35,221 nt of DNA from positions 1-35,221 of the IMG/VR virus record IMGVR_UViG_3300044266_000171; one strand, written 5' to 3'. Below the pieces are notes generated by a model. That model was not told the origin of the DNA and did no database searches. It saw nothing but the letters and a program-made list of their open reading frames with translations. The stretch comes from a virus (taxonomy: Duplodnaviria; Caudoviricetes). Shown here piece by piece: positions 33,491 to 35,221 of the stretch. Positions within the stretch are counted from its first letter, which is position 1. Every line of letters begins with the position of its first letter. A program made the translations under genes and the position numbers.

Positions 33491-35221
33491 ACCCATCGAG
33501 GGCATGCCCTGAGGCATGCCTTGTGGCATTGCCGCCATCTCAGGCGGCATACCTTGCGGCAACCCTTGCGGCAACCCTTGCGGCAACCCTTGCGGCATTG
33601 GGGGAGCCTGAGCGACCCCACCCTGATCGGTGCCAGCAGCACCAGCAGGAGCGGTATGAATAAACGACGACGGGTCTTTAATGCCAAAACCGTTACGCAA
33701 CACATGCTCAGCCAACTTGCCAGCATCAACCACACCAGCCTGAATGAACGGTGCCATCGCATCCAACAACTGTAGAGCAGACTGACGGCGGAACGACTCG
33801 TTAGTCGGCTGCGTAGACCCAGCCTCCACCACAAAATCATACTCACCCTGCACCGACTCACGATCATACGGCACCCACTGAACGCTACCCTCAGGGCCAA
33901 CAACCTTCGCAACCTGCTCGGTAGTCATAAATTCCTGTGCCAAAGCCACCACACGAGAAGCAACCTCACCGATAGCCCGCTCAATCGTAGCCAACTTGTC
34001 AGCCGACCTAGCGTTCGACATGTCCTGAATCATCGAAGCCTCAGTCGCAGTACGACGAACCTCCGACACCGAACCGCGCTGATATTCAGTCACCGCACTC
34101 GTACGATCCATGTCATCCAAAATCATAGCGGTCTGATTATAAAACTCGGGAGGCAACGCCGTAGTCTGCATCGGAGCAATAACCTCACCAAACGGCCCAT
34201 CAGAATCCACAGGGATCAACGCGTTATCATCCGAACTGGTCAAAGCAGCCAAACCGTCAGGCCCAATCAACTCGGGCTTATACATATACATGCGACGGAA
34301 CCGTTTACGGTCATTCACCATCTGCGTACGAGTCAACGCTAGTTCAATCTGCAACGGCAGAATCGACTCTAGATCACCCATCGGATACAACTTCTCAGGA
34401 ACCACATGGTTCAACATAAACACAAACGGATGACCAAACGGATACGGAACCTCAGTCGGTTCCACCAGCCACTCGCCACAACCCTCAGCGAACGTACAAA
34501 CCTGATTTGCAATCAGATCATAATACTCCCACACCACCACAAAATCGGACTCACGACCACGTTCCTCACCAGAAAACATCAGATCATAATCCTTCTTAGC
34601 CTGCGACATCGCAGTACCCTTCAACTTCTTACGAGCCTGCTCATCCCAAGCCTCATGATTCTGCGCCTCCCGCAACGGAACATACATCCGTTGCGCCAAC
34701 CAGCGAGCATTCTTAAAACGAGTAGCATCAGGATCAACATACACATCAAAAGGTGACACACGTTCACAATGAGGACGATCCTCAACAGCAACCGTACGAG
34801 TCAACGGGATCGAACTAATGATTTCTTCCTCAGAAGGGAACTGCATATCCAACCCAGCCTGCTGCGACTGCAAAACACCCATCGCACGCTGCGTCAAAGC
34901 CTCCTTCACATCCTCCACATAGATATCATGCGGGGTATCTTCGGTTTCTTCCTGCAACATCCAAGTGGTTTTCACCACACCCAACCCCAAAGTAACAAAA
35001 TCCTTCACAGCAAGACGCAATTCTTCCTGAAAATCCAGATACTGCCACAAATAGTTCACCATCGACTCAATAATCCAAGCCTGCTCAGCGTCCTCAGGAC
35101 GCCGAGCGGTCACAGTGATCTTCGGATAGTTCACCATCACCGAAGGAACAATCACATTCGCAGTAGAAAACATCATATTCGGCGCAACAATGTCCGTATA
35201 GCCAGACAACTCCGAATATTC
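33488..35221 (-). CDS. Portal protein (probably 5' truncated by the window edge)
   Basis: ERVSPFDVYVDP, RRTATEA, YDFVVEAGST, PQG-repeat tail; reading frame is open to position 35221. Confidence 0.9.
   Translation of the reverse strand, partial: EYSELSGYTDIVAPNMMFSTANVIVPSVMVNYPKITVTARRPEDAEQAWIIESMVNYLWQYLDFQEELRLAVKDFVTLGLGVVKTTWMLQEETEDTPHDIYVEDVKEALTQRAMGVLQSQQAGLDMQFPSEEEIISSIPLTRTVAVEDRPHCERVSPFDVYVDPDATRFKNARWLAQRMYVPLREAQNHEAWDEQARKKLKGTAMSQAKKDYDLMFSGEERGRESDFVVVWEYYDLIANQVCTFAEGCGEWLVEPTEVPYPFGHPFVFMLNHVVPEKLYPMGDLESILPLQIELALTRTQMVNDRKRFRRMYMYKPELIGPDGLAALTSSDDNALIPVDSDGPFGEVIAPMQTTALPPEFYNQTAMILDDMDRTSAVTEYQRGSVSEVRRTATEASMIQDMSNARSADKLATIERAIGEVASRVVALAQEFMTTEQVAKVVGPEGSVQWVPYDRESVQGEYDFVVEAGSTQPTNESFRRQSALQLLDAMAPFIQAGVVDAGKLAEHVLRNGFGIKDPSSFIHTAPAGAAGTDQGGVAQAPPMPQGLPQGLPQGLPQGMPPEMAAMPQGMPQGMPSMG

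Noticed and set aside
33503-33600. 12-bp tandem repeat GCAACCCTTGCG as a regulatory element
   Set aside because: It encodes the low-complexity PQG(L/M) tail of the portal, a common feature

Overview
A near-complete genome of a tailed dsDNA phage with podovirus-like architecture, most likely infecting an actinobacterium (inferred from operator motifs and the holin type). The + strand arm (~900-16070) carries early and replication genes: a MoxR/CbbQ-type AAA+ ATPase with a VWA-like partner, Cas4/RecB-like exonuclease, probable SSB, tRNA-Leu(CAA), DnaB-like helicase, DpdA-like transglycosylase, AEP primase, RusA, a sigma-region-4-like regulator and DUF1599/Nmad1. The - strand arm (35221 to 16071) carries portal, scaffold, capsid, holin, adaptor, nozzle, fibres, ejection proteins and an M15 endolysin. 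No terminase, integrase, repressor or DNA polymerase is recognisable. The terminase probably lies just outside the window. The most striking feature is the ~0.9 kb non-coding leader, which is packed with tandem arrays resembling binding sites for different host proteins: ten LexA/SOS boxes, six co-oriented DnaA-box cores, two DtxR/IdeR-like boxes and several 11-bp-period OmpR/PhoP-type repeats. Also notable are an 11-bp palindrome (TTCTGNCAGAA) seen at least 16 times genome-wide, an anticodon-less mini-tRNA between the first two genes, a cluster of long palindromes at 5754-5933, a three-copy late-promoter-like motif, and a dpdA-like gene flanked by a 16-bp boundary duplication. All motif counts were made by eye, and product calls come from motif recognition, not database searches.
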